DNA from: Perkinsela sp. CCAP 1560/9
Lineage: Eukaryota; Protista; Euglenozoa: Kinetoplastea
Assembly (NCBI GenBank): GCA_965644495.1
Contig: CBFFSA010000001.1
Location: forward strand, 1,922,001 to 1,986,000
Direction of reading: 5' to 3'
DNA: 64,000 nt
The notes under the pieces were generated by a model. It searched no databases, was not told where the DNA came from, and worked only from the letters and a program-made list of their open reading frames with translations. Shown in pieces: positions 11,539 to 23,492 of the stretch; position 1 is the first letter of the stretch; each line of letters begins with the position of its first letter. The position numbers and the translations under genes are program-made.

Positions 11539-12111
11539 AGGAAATTTTATTTTTTTTGCTATGCTCCTAAAAATACTCTATCTTAAAAGATATGATATCA
11601 TCATCACGACCATCCTGGAGACCATCATCCGGGCCTGGGAGCGCATGTTCGTCACGTTCAACTCTTTTAAGAGTTCATTTCGAGCCTGTGTGTCCGTAAG
11701 AAGACCGTTTGATGCACTGGCGCGTAGCTAGCGCCCCCACCTTTCACAAGACTTTTAAAAGCGGGCCGGGGGGCGCGCCACGCGCATTGTACAACAAGAT
11801 ATACTGACACTGTATTCTCAATCAGGGTACCAGGAGGGCTGCGTAACATAGTGTAGGAACTAAAGGCACTCATAAGGGAGGATGTATACTCACTGCACTC
11901 GAACAATGTGTACTCATGTAGTATACTCATGTTACATTGTACTCATATACTCGTTGGACTTACTGCGGCAAGTAGGAAGACGTTAATAGTATTATCAAAT
12001 AGAAAGAAACTAGAAAATCAGGCTGTCAGGATGGTCCTCGTCGAGCATCGGGGAGCATCCGACCTCGGTCTGCGAAGTGCGCATAACGTTCCCAATGAGT
12101 AGTCATGCATT

Positions 12112-12310
12112 ACTTCCTTTCATGGGCATCGGTCTCCTTTAACCCCGACGGTGCAAAGCTAAGGTCGGATGTACTACCCGCTCCCCCTTTATCCAGGCGT
12201 ATGTACCCATCCTTCCATCACCTTTCCACATTTCTCTGAGAAGAAATGTGGCCCCGGGCTTTGGACCGGAATTGTGGGGTTAAAGGAAACCGATGCCCAC
12301 GAAAGGAAGT
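12112..12310. mobile_element. Small MITE-like element with 35-bp TIRs
   Basis: acttcctttcatgggcatcggtctcctttaacccc ... ggggttaaaggaaaccgatgcccacgaaaggaagt (2 mismatches). Confidence 0.75.
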
Positions 12311-13877
12311 GTTTTCACCTACACTGTAAACTGTGGGCCACGGCATGATTGTAGGCTGCAAAAACCATACTTTCACACATTTTCATTCAAAATGTATGCG
12401 TAATGGAAGTTATATTTCATGCAGGGCAAAACCTGCAGGGTGGGTGCCTGTCGTACGACGATACGTCGTGTACGACGACCGGTATCAACGGCCATTACGG
12501 CGCAGTCAACGCCTGTCGTACGTAGGGATTGAGGACCACGCAGCGTGGTCCTCAAGGGAGGTCCTGCAGCGCATGGGAGGGGGTGAAGGAGGCACTGGAC
12601 TTCCACTGGGGGGGGGCGTCGTTGAGAATCTGCAAGAAGCCTTTGGGCTACACAAAGTCGTGGAGAGGCTCTCCCCTGCGATCATCCAGCAGGGGCATTC
12701 AGCGCGTCTGACGCGCTGCACGAGTCTGCGAAGCGGCGGTCCCTATTCAACAGAAAGAGGAGTTTCCGGCCCTAGCGCCATCCGAAAACGGACATACATA
12801 AAAGTACATATAAGGTTAAGAGCATGCCCGCTTCTGGGAAAGGGAAAGATGAGCTAGGGAAAAAGTACAACAAGGTATAGAAACTGTATTGAAAAATAAA
12901 GTAAATAAAGATTTAGTGTTCATTTCATTGGGTAATTGCTCTAATCCAGGATGACAGAGGGTTCTCCTCCAGTGTCGATTCAAGAAACAACATACAAGTG
13001 TACGTCTCCGCCTTTTTGGTTTTTTCGTCAAATGACCCCTGTACTCTTCACGTGGTTTTTTAAAGTACTTTCCCTTCTTTGTCCCCACACGATCTTCGAC
13101 ACAGAACATTCGAGAAAACTACGTCTAGAGTTTCCTAATTGTAAGATCAGCGTATTGTAAAATACACGTTCGGGTTTGTAAAATATTCTTCCTCTGCATG
13201 ATGATATTTTAATTAGAAGTTTGAACAGTTACATGAAACAACTTTTCGAGGCTTTGCATGGACTGATTTATGAAATGCATCTATCTCCGCAAAGTTTTCT
13301 TACGACACATCATTTTTACACATAACCCGTCTCTAAAATAATGCAACCATTCCCTAGGGACCTATCAATTTATTTTGAATAATTACAAGCGTAATCTTAG
13401 AGAACAAACCTCTTAGAAGGTCAACATCTTAGACCTGACAAAATGTTTATTTCGATTCTAAAATTCTTTGAAAAGTATTTTTTGTACCACCAAAACTTAT
13501 GTTTACCGACCGCTTTTTCTACTCTATCCGACAACCGATGTCCAGCTCATGCGGGAGAGTACATACGCAGTACAAAAACTGTACCTTTCACTTTCATGGA
13601 AGAGTTTCAAAATCGCAAGAACAGAAGTGTACAATTTTACTCTTACTGAGTTACCCCATTGGATTGTAAAGTATTAAATGGGGGTTCACAGAAGGCTTTC
13701 GATTTTTGTTCTTTCTTCACATTTACTGGTCACTCAAGTCTTTGGTGAGTCTCTAAATCATTCGTTCTCTCAAAACTGAATTCATCGACATTTTTCTCAC
13801 CTACCTAATAGTGGCTCCTAAAAAAGCGCAAGTTAAATTTCAAAAAAAGAGTAAATCTCTACTCCTTTCACACCTTC

Positions 13878-14567
13878 ATGGTTCATCCTTTCAATACGAT
13901 GCGTGCAATTTTACTTACGAATGCAGATATTTTATCTCGACCAAGTAAAGTGCGAGGCGCTGTCTTACCACAGGAATACACATTGTCTCGCTTTGTGAGT
14001 AATCTTGCGTCCCTAGAGGAATCGTGGACAGAGGCTACTCCCGCATGTGAGTGGCGATATGTGTTGTGTAATGCGGAAAAGCAAGTAACTTCACTGGGCT
14101 GGGATAATAAACTGTTTGAAGATGAGACAGATGAAGGTGGTTCGGAATTTCCCATTTTGGATGGTCCACTACTGTGGGAGTACATCCCGCATACGCTAAT
14201 TCTCTTTACAGCATACGTGCAGGACTTATCAGGCCCTGTGCCGCTTTCCGTACTACCCAATTGTTTAACAAAGTTTAACATTCGTACCAATGAATGCAGT
14301 GGGCAATTAGATCTGATACATCTACCCTCTGCATTGGAAATCTTGGATTTACGTAACAATCAATTTGAAGGGACAATTGATCTCACGCGTCTTCCTGCGC
14401 ATCTAAAATGTCTCTATCTGGGAGGCAACAATCTGTCTGGTAGCTTGGACTTGACACACGTCTCCGAAAATGTGCAGAATATAAATCTGGAACATAACTT
14501 CTTTAACGTTCAGCGGACTGTGCCCAACAATGTAGAATTTGGAACTCAAGCTCTCCCTGGACGTTGA
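13878..14567 (+). CDS. LRR protein, subfamily C-like, 5 LRRs
   Basis: ADILSRPSKVRGAVLPQEY; acidic insert after the cap. Confidence 0.9.
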   Translation: MVHPFNTMRAILLTNADILSRPSKVRGAVLPQEYTLSRFVSNLASLEESWTEATPACEWRYVLCNAEKQVTSLGWDNKLFEDETDEGGSEFPILDGPLLWEYIPHTLILFTAYVQDLSGPVPLSVLPNCLTKFNIRTNECSGQLDLIHLPSALEILDLRNNQFEGTIDLTRLPAHLKCLYLGGNNLSGSLDLTHVSENVQNINLEHNFFNVQRTVPNNVEFGTQALPGR

Positions 14568-14829
14568 GCGGCACTGCGTGGTTTTCATGCAAATTGTTGT
14601 AAATGACGCTTTATTTATACTGTTGATGACACTAACATTTCATCTGACGTTTCATAACTTTTTTTTCGGTAAATATTCTGGTCTTATTGGTTTCTTTTGC
14701 TTCCAGATTTTGCCGCGCATAAATTTCTATCTCAGTTCTATGGAATTTCATAAATGTTTTGAAGGATTCTGTAATTTTATTCCTCAAATAAAACTTTCAA
14801 GACTTGAGACTGTTGTGTTTTAAAATAAC

Positions 14830-15453
14830 ATGTGTATGTATATTCCCTCACGTCTATCCCCCCAGGTTCATATTAAAACCTGTGACACTCCAACCGCTAC
14901 AAAGGAAGCGCCCCCGAAGAAGGTACGGGGTACTTCTCTTCCGGTGGAATATGACTTTGAAAAATTCATACAAAACGTCGAGCGTCCAGATGCTTCGTGG
15001 CACACGCACACGCCCGCGGCTGAGTGGGCAGGTATATTCTTTGCGCAAGGAACGTATGATATCGATTGGGCAGACTATGGCTTGCGCGGCTCATTATGCT
15101 GGGAATATTTGGCTACACTTCCCATAAACAGTGTTGTCGTCCCGGAGAACGAGCTCACTGGTCATCTTCCTTTGGAGAATTTACCATCCAAACTCACACG
15201 GTTTCATGTTCATTGCAACGCGCTTAGTGGTCCAGTGGAGCTCCGCTTCTTGCCTTGTGGGCTACGGGTTCTGCGACTCGATTACAATCAGTTTAGTGGA
15301 GAGGTACACTTTGACGCTCTCCCCGCAAGCCTTCAAGAGTTAGGCTTACAGTGGAATACGGCACTCGTTGGAGAGTTAGATCACAATATGTTGAGTGAAA
15401 GGCATCACGTGTTGTCTCTACGTCTCAACCAGACAGGAATTAAAGAGAATTAA
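14830..15453 (+). CDS. Short LRR protein, 4 LRRs
   Basis: PKKVRGTSLPVEY leader, WHTHTPAAEWAGI cap lacking the cysteines. Confidence 0.88.
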   Translation: MCMYIPSRLSPQVHIKTCDTPTATKEAPPKKVRGTSLPVEYDFEKFIQNVERPDASWHTHTPAAEWAGIFFAQGTYDIDWADYGLRGSLCWEYLATLPINSVVVPENELTGHLPLENLPSKLTRFHVHCNALSGPVELRFLPCGLRVLRLDYNQFSGEVHFDALPASLQELGLQWNTALVGELDHNMLSERHHVLSLRLNQTGIKEN

Positions 15454-16559
15454 CGATACCCCTGTTCTATACAAAATCTGTTATTTCTCTCTTTATTGAA
15501 CTCAAAATTTGATTTTGAGCGAAACGAAAAAGACTTCTAGCATCATTTCGCCGAAACATTATCTTCTGTGTGAAACGGTTCCTGTCGGAAGTTCTACCAG
15601 TCTACCCGATGCTCCTATTCATTCGGAACCTGAAGACATTCAACAATACGCCCAGTGTTTTAAAGATGATTTACTCAGAGAACACGAGGTAGAACTTCTT
15701 GAGTCTCTGTATGACGCAGACGATCTCTGTGCGCATCAGATATTGACGACTGGCGTTGTATCTGCTTATGCGACGTGAAAAGAAAGCCCACAAAAAAAAC
15801 AACTGCACTCTACGTATCTAATACGTAAATCATTGGGTTTGTCAAAGCGAACGACGCATTCTTTTAATCCCACTGTGTCTTGATCTTTTTTGTGATCCTT
15901 TTTATCTCTTCCTATGCACTTCAGAAGGAATAAACCTCATATGTATTCTTAACGTTTCATATCACCAGAAGTCTATGCAGATGGAAGAAGATGAAGCTGA
16001 AGAAGATGATGCTGTCTGGTTTTCCCGATTCACTTAAGAAAGGGATCGCGCGTGAGCCGCCAAGCAATTGACATTTTTTTTGTTGGCTTGATCTTCCGAG
16101 TCGTTCAACATTATCTTTTCTAATTTTTCTGGTGTTACTGTGACCCCATGTTGTTGAAACCGATGAGACACTAATAGGGAACCGAACTTGCATGCTCACG
16201 CCCGGACGGACAGTCGGGTACTTTCATTTTCCGAATGCGGAATAGGGGAGCCGGCAGGGGCACTCACCGTGCGCTTATTAGTTATTAAATGGGGAGTCAT
16301 TCATGGCTCGCAGGAGGCCTTCGTGTTGATGTACCCCGCACCGAGGATTCGCTAGAAAACGAAGGCGGACTTTCTGGGTACTAATCTACAAAGTTTAAAT
16401 CACCTAATTGTACGTACTGATCCGCGTTTTCTGCATTTTCCCACGTAATCTTCAAAATTTGAGTGCTCTAAAATCTTGTTTTTGGTCGATTTTCTAGCCG
16501 TCGTATGAACACTAGGGGGTCCCTATGAATAATAAGGCGGCAAATCGCTTCGCTACGAA

Positions 16560-16659
16560 AACGAGATCTCTCCAATGCTGCAAAAATAAGCAAAAACGGA
16601 TAAAAAAAATCAAATTTTCTTGGGGTGGGGGGGGGGGGCAAGATCAACTGAAACCACTG
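16560..16659. mobile_element. Solo Tc1/mariner-like terminus, same family as 1387-1505
   Basis: cgagatctctccaatgctgcaaa...ggggcaagatcaactgaaaccactg. Confidence 0.6.
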
Positions 16660-16890
16660 TGCCTACATGCATGTTAAGTTAGTAGATGATAAGTTGGTAA
16701 GTCGTCTTCCCCTTACTAAGAACCCTACGAAATTTTCGTTTTTCGACTCAGTCGTTCCGAATCCGCGAAAAACATCTGTCCGTATTAAAAGGGGTCACTG
16801 TACTTATATTTTTTCGTTTATTTTTTTTGCTATGATGTATAAGTTATATACAAACAAATTCCGTTTTATGCTTTTTTCGTTCTAGACTAA

Positions 16891-17697
16891 ATGCGTCCAC
16901 TGCCAGCTGCCACGGCAGATCCTGACACAAAGTCAGCACGACTGGGCAAGGCTAGGGCCCCACTCCCGCAGGAGTACATACTTGCTGAATTGGTGAAGGA
17001 CGTGGAGAATCCGCACCCATCGTGGAACACTACAGTACACGCGTGCAAATGGAAAGGGGTCACATGTACGGAGGGTGGAGATGTCAGCCAAATAGGCTTT
17101 CAGTATGTAGCATTGGATTTCACCTTCTTGCGTGGAAAAATTTGCTGGAAGTTGCCAAGTACGTTGCTTTATTTCAGATCACTTACGCTGGAATTGTGGG
17201 GCGAATCTCCTACGGAACATTTGCCTCAGGGATTTCTTTCTATGAGTCTTTACCAAAACAAATTTACGGGAGCCATAAATCTATGTGATCTGCCTACCAC
17301 GTTAGAAAATTTGTCGTTGCATCAGAATAAATTTGAAGGTCCGATTGATCTCAGCCACTTGCCAGCGACGCTAAAGACCTTGTCCGTCGGGGTGAATAGC
17401 TTAACGGGTGAGTTGAATTTCACTCAACTCCCAAGCTCATTGAAGGACATGGACTTCATGATGAATCAATTTCATGGCGTAGTGGACTTAGATCACCTGC
17501 CGCGCAATCTGTTTTCACTGGAGCTTTCGCGCAATCCAAATTTGCGTGGTTTTTATCGAGCTTCACGCATGCCGGAGAAAATGCGTACCGAAGAAAAGTC
17601 CTTCTTCTTCAGTACGGTATACAAGATACAGTTTCGTAGCGCACGTACCGGAGCCCGGTTCAACATCGAAGGGACAGGGATTGTCGAATATAAATAG
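16891..17697 (+). CDS. LRR protein, 6 LRRs with a C-terminal insertion
   Basis: RLGKARAPLPQEY, ACKWKGVTC cap. Confidence 0.9.
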   Translation: MRPLPAATADPDTKSARLGKARAPLPQEYILAELVKDVENPHPSWNTTVHACKWKGVTCTEGGDVSQIGFQYVALDFTFLRGKICWKLPSTLLYFRSLTLELWGESPTEHLPQGFLSMSLYQNKFTGAINLCDLPTTLENLSLHQNKFEGPIDLSHLPATLKTLSVGVNSLTGELNFTQLPSSLKDMDFMMNQFHGVVDLDHLPRNLFSLELSRNPNLRGFYRASRMPEKMRTEEKSFFFSTVYKIQFRSARTGARFNIEGTGIVEYK

Positions 17698-18003
17698 ATC
17701 TACATTGAAAATACAGTGTAATATTTCATAAAGCGATAATTAGTTAGAAATGCAGTCCAGGCCACATACAGGGTATGATATAAGTTTATTTATAAACACT
17801 CAGAAATTTCCTTTAACCAGATTTTACTCTTGTCGTAAGACACGAATAAAATCCCCCTTCCGCGAAAGCGCGAAGATTCTGTGAGGCTAGAAAATTTTAC
17901 ACTCTTATAAATTTGTCGTTTATAAATTTCACAATAGAGTAACACAACATTAGCTTAAAATTTAATAATCCAACCTTAACCTAATGCAACATTAACTTCA
18001 AGC

Positions 18004-18828
18004 ATGTATAAAATGTATCGCAATGACTGCATCGATGATGGGTCTGATGTACATCGGGGTAAGGTTACCTCAATGTTACTACCCCAAGAAGATAGGCTTG
18101 AACGCTTTATTTCGAATCTAACAATACGCGATAAGTCTTGGCGTACGACGAAGAAGAACGCATTCGGACGTGTCAAGCGCCTATCCGTGTGTAAGTGGCG
18201 AGGCGTGACATGTGATGCATCCCAACAAGCAACGAAAATTATATGGACCTGGATGAAACTTCAAGGTACATTGCAGTGGGATTATTTGCCCGAGTCGGTC
18301 TTTCGTTTTGACTCTTCTTTTTGCAGGCTTACAGGACCCGTTTTCCTTGTTGCGTTGCCACCGCGACTCACATACTTCAACTTAGAACGCAACATATTTA
18401 TCGGTGAGTTAAACTTAAGCGATCTACCTAGAATACTATGTACTCTTTGGTTGAATGACAATAAATTCGACGGAAGTGTAGATCTGACGCTTCTGCCTTG
18501 TGGGTTAGAATATTTATATTTGCGAAACAACCAACTTTCCGGTGCCGTCGATCTTTCTCATTTGCCGACGAACTTACGAAATCTCGATCTATCCAGCAAC
18601 AGATTCACGGGACCGCTTTCGTTGCAACATTTGCCTGCATTACTGACTTCTTTGGAGTGTCAACAAAATTCATTATCTGGTTTAGTTCTTTTTGACTGTC
18701 TTTCTGAAAACTTGCGAAAACTGTCCTTATATAATAACAAAGATCTTTATGGAGAGATAAAGACTTCTCCAAATATTCGAGCCTTCATCGATATACGAAA
18801 CACGGGCATTCGCTTCCAAGATCCCTGA
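18004..18828 (+). CDS. LRR protein, subfamily B (IDDGSD leader, basic KKNAFGRVKR insert)
   Basis: IDDGSDVHRGKVTSMLLPQE; 7 LRRs. Confidence 0.92.
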   Translation: MYKMYRNDCIDDGSDVHRGKVTSMLLPQEDRLERFISNLTIRDKSWRTTKKNAFGRVKRLSVCKWRGVTCDASQQATKIIWTWMKLQGTLQWDYLPESVFRFDSSFCRLTGPVFLVALPPRLTYFNLERNIFIGELNLSDLPRILCTLWLNDNKFDGSVDLTLLPCGLEYLYLRNNQLSGAVDLSHLPTNLRNLDLSSNRFTGPLSLQHLPALLTSLECQQNSLSGLVLFDCLSENLRKLSLYNNKDLYGEIKTSPNIRAFIDIRNTGIRFQDP

Positions 18829-19631
18829 TGGTTTACTTTGCGTGGCAGAAAACACTATTGATGTTGGACCCCTATGGGCCTTAGAAGTCTGGCAGTAAAA
18901 GCACTATTACAGATCCTATTGATCCGTATATGCACTTCGGGATTCCTAAAATACTACTACTGAAGAGCACGAAAACGAACTTGAAGAACTTTCGTCAATA
19001 GTAAAAATCAATAGTAAAAGTTCTGATCTGTCCATATTCCGTTTTACTTCGAAATTATTTCATATTCATTGTTCTTCGAACCAATGGTCCGCATTCAAAT
19101 CTCCGGGCGACTTCGGATGGTCACTGGCAAGCCAGACCCTTCACCTATTGACTTGTATCCAATAGGCGTCTATGTTTCCCTTTTTCTATTTCCTGGAATA
19201 CTTGTCCCGTAATTACATGTCTATTCGTTTCTCTGTCCCGTTTTTCTATCCAAGAGTGCATTTTCCTGTTTCACCTTTCTTACATTTTCACCTTTTTTTC
19301 GTACATGCAATCCAGCTTTTGGTCAAAGGGGTATGTTTTGTACCAATTTTTTTTTTCAATGAAATTTTTCCCCAACGAGTAGAAAAACGTTCTTAAATTT
19401 ACAAAAACATTTTATAGGTTGTAATACTCTCCTAGGATTCTATTAAATTGTTAGAATTTGCTCAAATATTATAAAGTCGTTTTCAGTCAGTCGGAAGAAT
19501 TGGTACTAAAATATACCCTTTTCACCCATCTCTTTTAATATTCTGTATATGTGTAAAAGTTACTCTAAATAATTAATTTCATTAAGGAAATAATTTCGTG
19601 CCACTTACTTTAAAAATTATGTATCCCTCAG

Positions 19632-20462
19632 ATGACTTTCATGTTGCTTTGCTTTTTCGAAACAGTGGATCCTTCGAATGCGAACACACAGGAAACGCGA
19701 CCAGGTAAGGTTCGAGGAGCGAACTTACCGCAAGAATATGAACTCACACGCTTCGTACAAAACATTGAGAATCCGCATCCATCATGGAATGCTTCCACGC
19801 CCGCGTGTGATTGGGAACATGTAACTTGTGATGAAGAATTACACGTAATATGGATAAATTGGAACGGTATGAATATGAAAGGGTCGCTTCAATGGAACTA
19901 TCTGTGCCACACAGTACTCGAATTTCGTGCGTGGTTGAACCAATTGAGAGGAAATGTCTTACTCGGTGCTCTGCCATCTCAAATCGTAAGATTTGATCTC
20001 TCTACTAATGGTTTCTCAGGAGAATTGGATTGGTCACATTTGCCCGGTGAAATGATAGACCTCTTCTTCAGCGACAACAAGTTTAAGGGATGTGTAGATT
20101 TTAAGCACTTGCCTTTGAGTTTGAAAGTTTTGCAGGTACAGTACAATCAGTTTTCTGGGGATCTTGATCTTACTCGCTTACCACGCCTAATGACGCATGT
20201 AAATCTATCGCAAAACTGTTTTACAGGGCCTCTCGACTTACAGCACTTGCCTTCATCACTCCAAATTTTGAACTGTCACAGAAATCAGTTCAGTGGCCTT
20301 GTGATGTTCAACCGCCTTCCTATCAGCTTAAGTACCCTTAATTTAGAAGCCAACGCTGAATTATGCGGTACAGCAGAAAAGTTGACTCTCCCAATCGCGC
20401 TGAAGAACTTGGGTGTGGGTGGTACTAAAATTTCATCAAATTTTACTCCAAAAATCGATTAA
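19632..20462 (+). CDS. LRR protein, subfamily A
   Basis: RPGKVRGANLPQEYEL; 7 LRRs; ccctcAG directly before ATG. Confidence 0.92.
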   Translation: MTFMLLCFFETVDPSNANTQETRPGKVRGANLPQEYELTRFVQNIENPHPSWNASTPACDWEHVTCDEELHVIWINWNGMNMKGSLQWNYLCHTVLEFRAWLNQLRGNVLLGALPSQIVRFDLSTNGFSGELDWSHLPGEMIDLFFSDNKFKGCVDFKHLPLSLKVLQVQYNQFSGDLDLTRLPRLMTHVNLSQNCFTGPLDLQHLPSSLQILNCHRNQFSGLVMFNRLPISLSTLNLEANAELCGTAEKLTLPIALKNLGVGGTKISSNFTPKID

Positions 20463-20653
20463 AACTTTAATCTTTAATTCTAATTATTAAACCTTACAAT
20501 TGAAATTTCGGGTCAACAAATGAATCTTTGCCTGTTTCGTTGTATTGAAAATTTCTATATCTGTTGTACTAGTGAGAGGACTCAGGCTGGGTGGGAGCGC
20601 CTGGGAAGGTTTCAACCCTCTAATTACTATTTTTTTAGTTCTAGTAACTGCGG

Positions 20654-20730
20654 TGGTTGTATAACTACCGCTCTACCCTCGATTATTGAAAAAAAAGGTG
20701 AACAAAAACAGTGAAAATAAAGAGGAACAC
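20654..20730. repeat. Terminal sequence of the foldback family (further copies at 21165, 33201, 34081 inverted, 44545)
   Basis: ggttgtataactaccgctctaccctcgattattgaaaa. Confidence 0.7.
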
Positions 20731-21339
20731 AGTACTATAATAGAAAAAAAAATATAAACCCCGCGTCATGAAAAGTGACCCCACACTTTTTTTTCGTACA
20801 AGCGTCCGTTTGAGCTGATTTTTGTTCCATTTTGCAGATCTCAACGCAAAGACTTTGCGCGTGAAGAAACGAAACAAAGAGAAGCGAATACGTATATTTT
20901 AGAGAAGAATTACCATTTTGTCACTTTTTCGCCTTTCAATCTTATACACTTATTAAGGCGTGAGTCAAAATTTAAGACGGTATTGCGGATCACATTTTGA
21001 GATAAACAAGACCAGGTTTTGCGTTCACATCGGATGAGTGAAGGCTTATCCGATGGGGTATGTTCGTCCACTGCCTCTTAGACCATAGACCAGACGTTTT
21101 CTGTTGAGAAAGATCTTGTGAGTCGGCGGACCAACTTTTTAGAAGTTCACTCATTGTGCTTTTAATAACTACCGCTCTACCCTCGATTATTGAAAGTGAA
21201 CAAAATAATGCAAGAAATGCCTTTTGCCAGTTCTTTTTCTGTATTTTCGTTATAAAAAAGGTAAGGCTTAAAACAGGAAACGACGCATTTTCCACCAGAG
21301 GGACTTACGAGAAAATGATAGTGCATTACGACTCTAATG

Positions 21340-21410
21340 CACTATCATTTTCTAAAATTCGCCAAGTTTTACAGATTTTAGACCCCCCCAGATTTAGCTG
21401 CACCCCCCTG
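21340..21410. mobile_element. Solo terminus of the CAGGGG-TIR Tc1/IS630 family
   Basis: ttttagaccccccagatttagctgcacccccctg|TA matches 53630-53661. Confidence 0.65.
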
Positions 21411-21503
21411 TATGCGTACTACACTATGTATATCTGTCGGTAACAACGTGTCCGTCTCTATCTTTATAACATAACGCACGTCAACATCAGTATTCTTTAT
21501 TAA

Positions 21504-22334
21504 ATGTCGACGTCTTCTCTAGTGCAATTTGCAGATTCACCCCACACTCGAGCACGTCTGGGTAAAGTGCGAGGAGCCATCCTCTCGCAGGACATGCTAA
21601 TGGCACAATTTATTGAGAACCTGGAGAAGAGGTTTGTCATTACCAAGAATAAAACACAGGTATGTTTATGGGATGGTGTCATTTGTAATTTCGACGACGA
21701 AGTCATAAACATCGACTTTTTGTCCAAGGGACTCAAGGGTAATCTAACCTGGGGTAGCCTACCCCACACGGTGTGTAGTGTTCGTATCGGAGGTAATAAA
21801 CTTGACGGATATTTTCGGGTTTGTGAACTTCCCCCCACGCTCATTAATTTAAACATCTCATACAACTCCTTTCATGGACCGTTTGATACTGGATCCCTAC
21901 CCCAAGCGTTTGAAGAATTTTGGTCAGCATCTACAAAGTTTTCCGGTGAGCTTGACCTGACGGGACTTCCTCCTTCTTTGAAAGTGTTTCTTTTGTCTTG
22001 TAACTATTTTTCGGGAAAATTGGATTTGACTTTGTTGCCCGGAGCGCTACTCAAGCTCTATCTTCAAGGAAACCAATTCGTAGGGAGCGTGGATTTAACA
22101 AATCTTCCAAACCAACTTGAAGAGTTATACCTGTCACAGAATAGGCTTGATGGTAAGTTGGTGCTTCGAAATCTTCCGCACGCATTACATACGCTCTCTC
22201 TTGCGGACAACGCATTTACGGGGAAAGTGTGGTTTGATGCATTGCCTTCAGGTATGTATCATTTAGGTCTGAGTGGAAATAAAGGTACTTTGGATGTGAA
22301 ATCCTCGTCAATTCCAAAATGTGTCCAAATATAA
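21504..22334 (+). CDS. LRR protein, divergent member with 8 LRRs
   Basis: FADSPHTRARLGKVRGAILSQD; VCLWDGVIC cap. Confidence 0.9.
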   Translation: MSTSSLVQFADSPHTRARLGKVRGAILSQDMLMAQFIENLEKRFVITKNKTQVCLWDGVICNFDDEVINIDFLSKGLKGNLTWGSLPHTVCSVRIGGNKLDGYFRVCELPPTLINLNISYNSFHGPFDTGSLPQAFEEFWSASTKFSGELDLTGLPPSLKVFLLSCNYFSGKLDLTLLPGALLKLYLQGNQFVGSVDLTNLPNQLEELYLSQNRLDGKLVLRNLPHALHTLSLADNAFTGKVWFDALPSGMYHLGLSGNKGTLDVKSSSIPKCVQI

Positions 22335-22844
22335 ACTTGAATTTTAGTACTTTCGTCGGAACTCTGATTTCATTAATTAACGAACAGGCTTAGTTGTGAA
22401 AAACTCGTAGTGAAAATCGGCGAACTCTGAAGGAGAAGTGTCTCCTATAAGGTAAGTTTTTTGAGGTTCAATTTCAGGTTTACGAATAATGTACAAGCAG
22501 GTTGTTATCAGTACAGAAAAATATTTTAAGAAACTATTTATCGTAGTTTCTAGAAAATTGAGATGTAGATATTCATTTTCCATATTTCGAACGAGAATTT
22601 TGAAAACAGTCAGTCACATTCAAATGGGAGAAGGTTTGCGCGTGGCCAAGTTTCGCGCGGTTTCAGAATGGTTCTCAATAGCTACAGTATGTGTATAAAC
22701 TCCAGTTTCTGTTTTCTAAAGGCTTTTAATTTTATAAACAATTGTATAGAAAAAAAATATAAACTTATAAAAATCAAATCGAGTTCTAATAAAGTAGCTT
22801 TGGTTTCACAGCACTCCGCTTTTTTGTGATTTTCCGCTTTACTC

Positions 22845-23492
22845 ATGTTTCCCATCAGTGCCTTCACTGGTGTGTTACGTTCCTCAGATGTGCCAGCTAC
22901 GCGTCCATCTCGTCCATCAAAAGTGACTTCCGTTGCGCTACCCGAGGAATACGATTTAGCAAGACTTGTTGAAAAAATCGAAAAAATCCACTCAAGCTGG
23001 AACATTGACACCCCTGCGTGTGAGTGGGACGGCATTGAGTGTTACCCCTTCGAAAAATACGTGGAACAAATTCGTTGGGGTGCCCGTTGCTTAAAAGGGG
23101 AATTGATTTGGAGATATCTCCCATCGCGTGTAGCCACGGTACATGCATGGCGTACCAGGCTCCATGGTGAGGTTCCCTTCGAAGCGTTGCCCTCCACCAC
23201 TACACACTTTTGGGTTTCGGATAACGAGTTAAGTGGTCATCTAAATCTTACGTGTCTTCCGTGCTCGATGGAATATTTGAACATGGAAGAGAACAATTTT
23301 TCGGGAACTGTTGACTTGTCGAGACTTCCATCCACTCTGAACGAGTTGCTGTTATCGAGAAACGGTGATCTCAACGGTGTGTTGAATGCGAGATTGTACT
23401 CCGATCTCTACTATGATGTTCGACGCACACAGATTACGGTGTTGAACGGGGAGCCTTGGGGATATACCAACCTCTGCCTGGACGAGGAGTGA
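22845..23492 (+). CDS. Short LRR protein, 4 LRRs
   Basis: RPSKVTSVALPEEY; ACEWDGIEC cap. Confidence 0.9.
   Translation: MFPISAFTGVLRSSDVPATRPSRPSKVTSVALPEEYDLARLVEKIEKIHSSWNIDTPACEWDGIECYPFEKYVEQIRWGARCLKGELIWRYLPSRVATVHAWRTRLHGEVPFEALPSTTTHFWVSDNELSGHLNLTCLPCSMEYLNMEENNFSGTVDLSRLPSTLNELLLSRNGDLNGVLNARLYSDLYYDVRRTQITVLNGEPWGYTNLCLDEE

Noticed and set aside
16200-16380. GC-rich patch as possible ribozyme or structured RNA
   Set aside because: Only a short hairpin is visible; could not fit an HDV or hammerhead fold by eye
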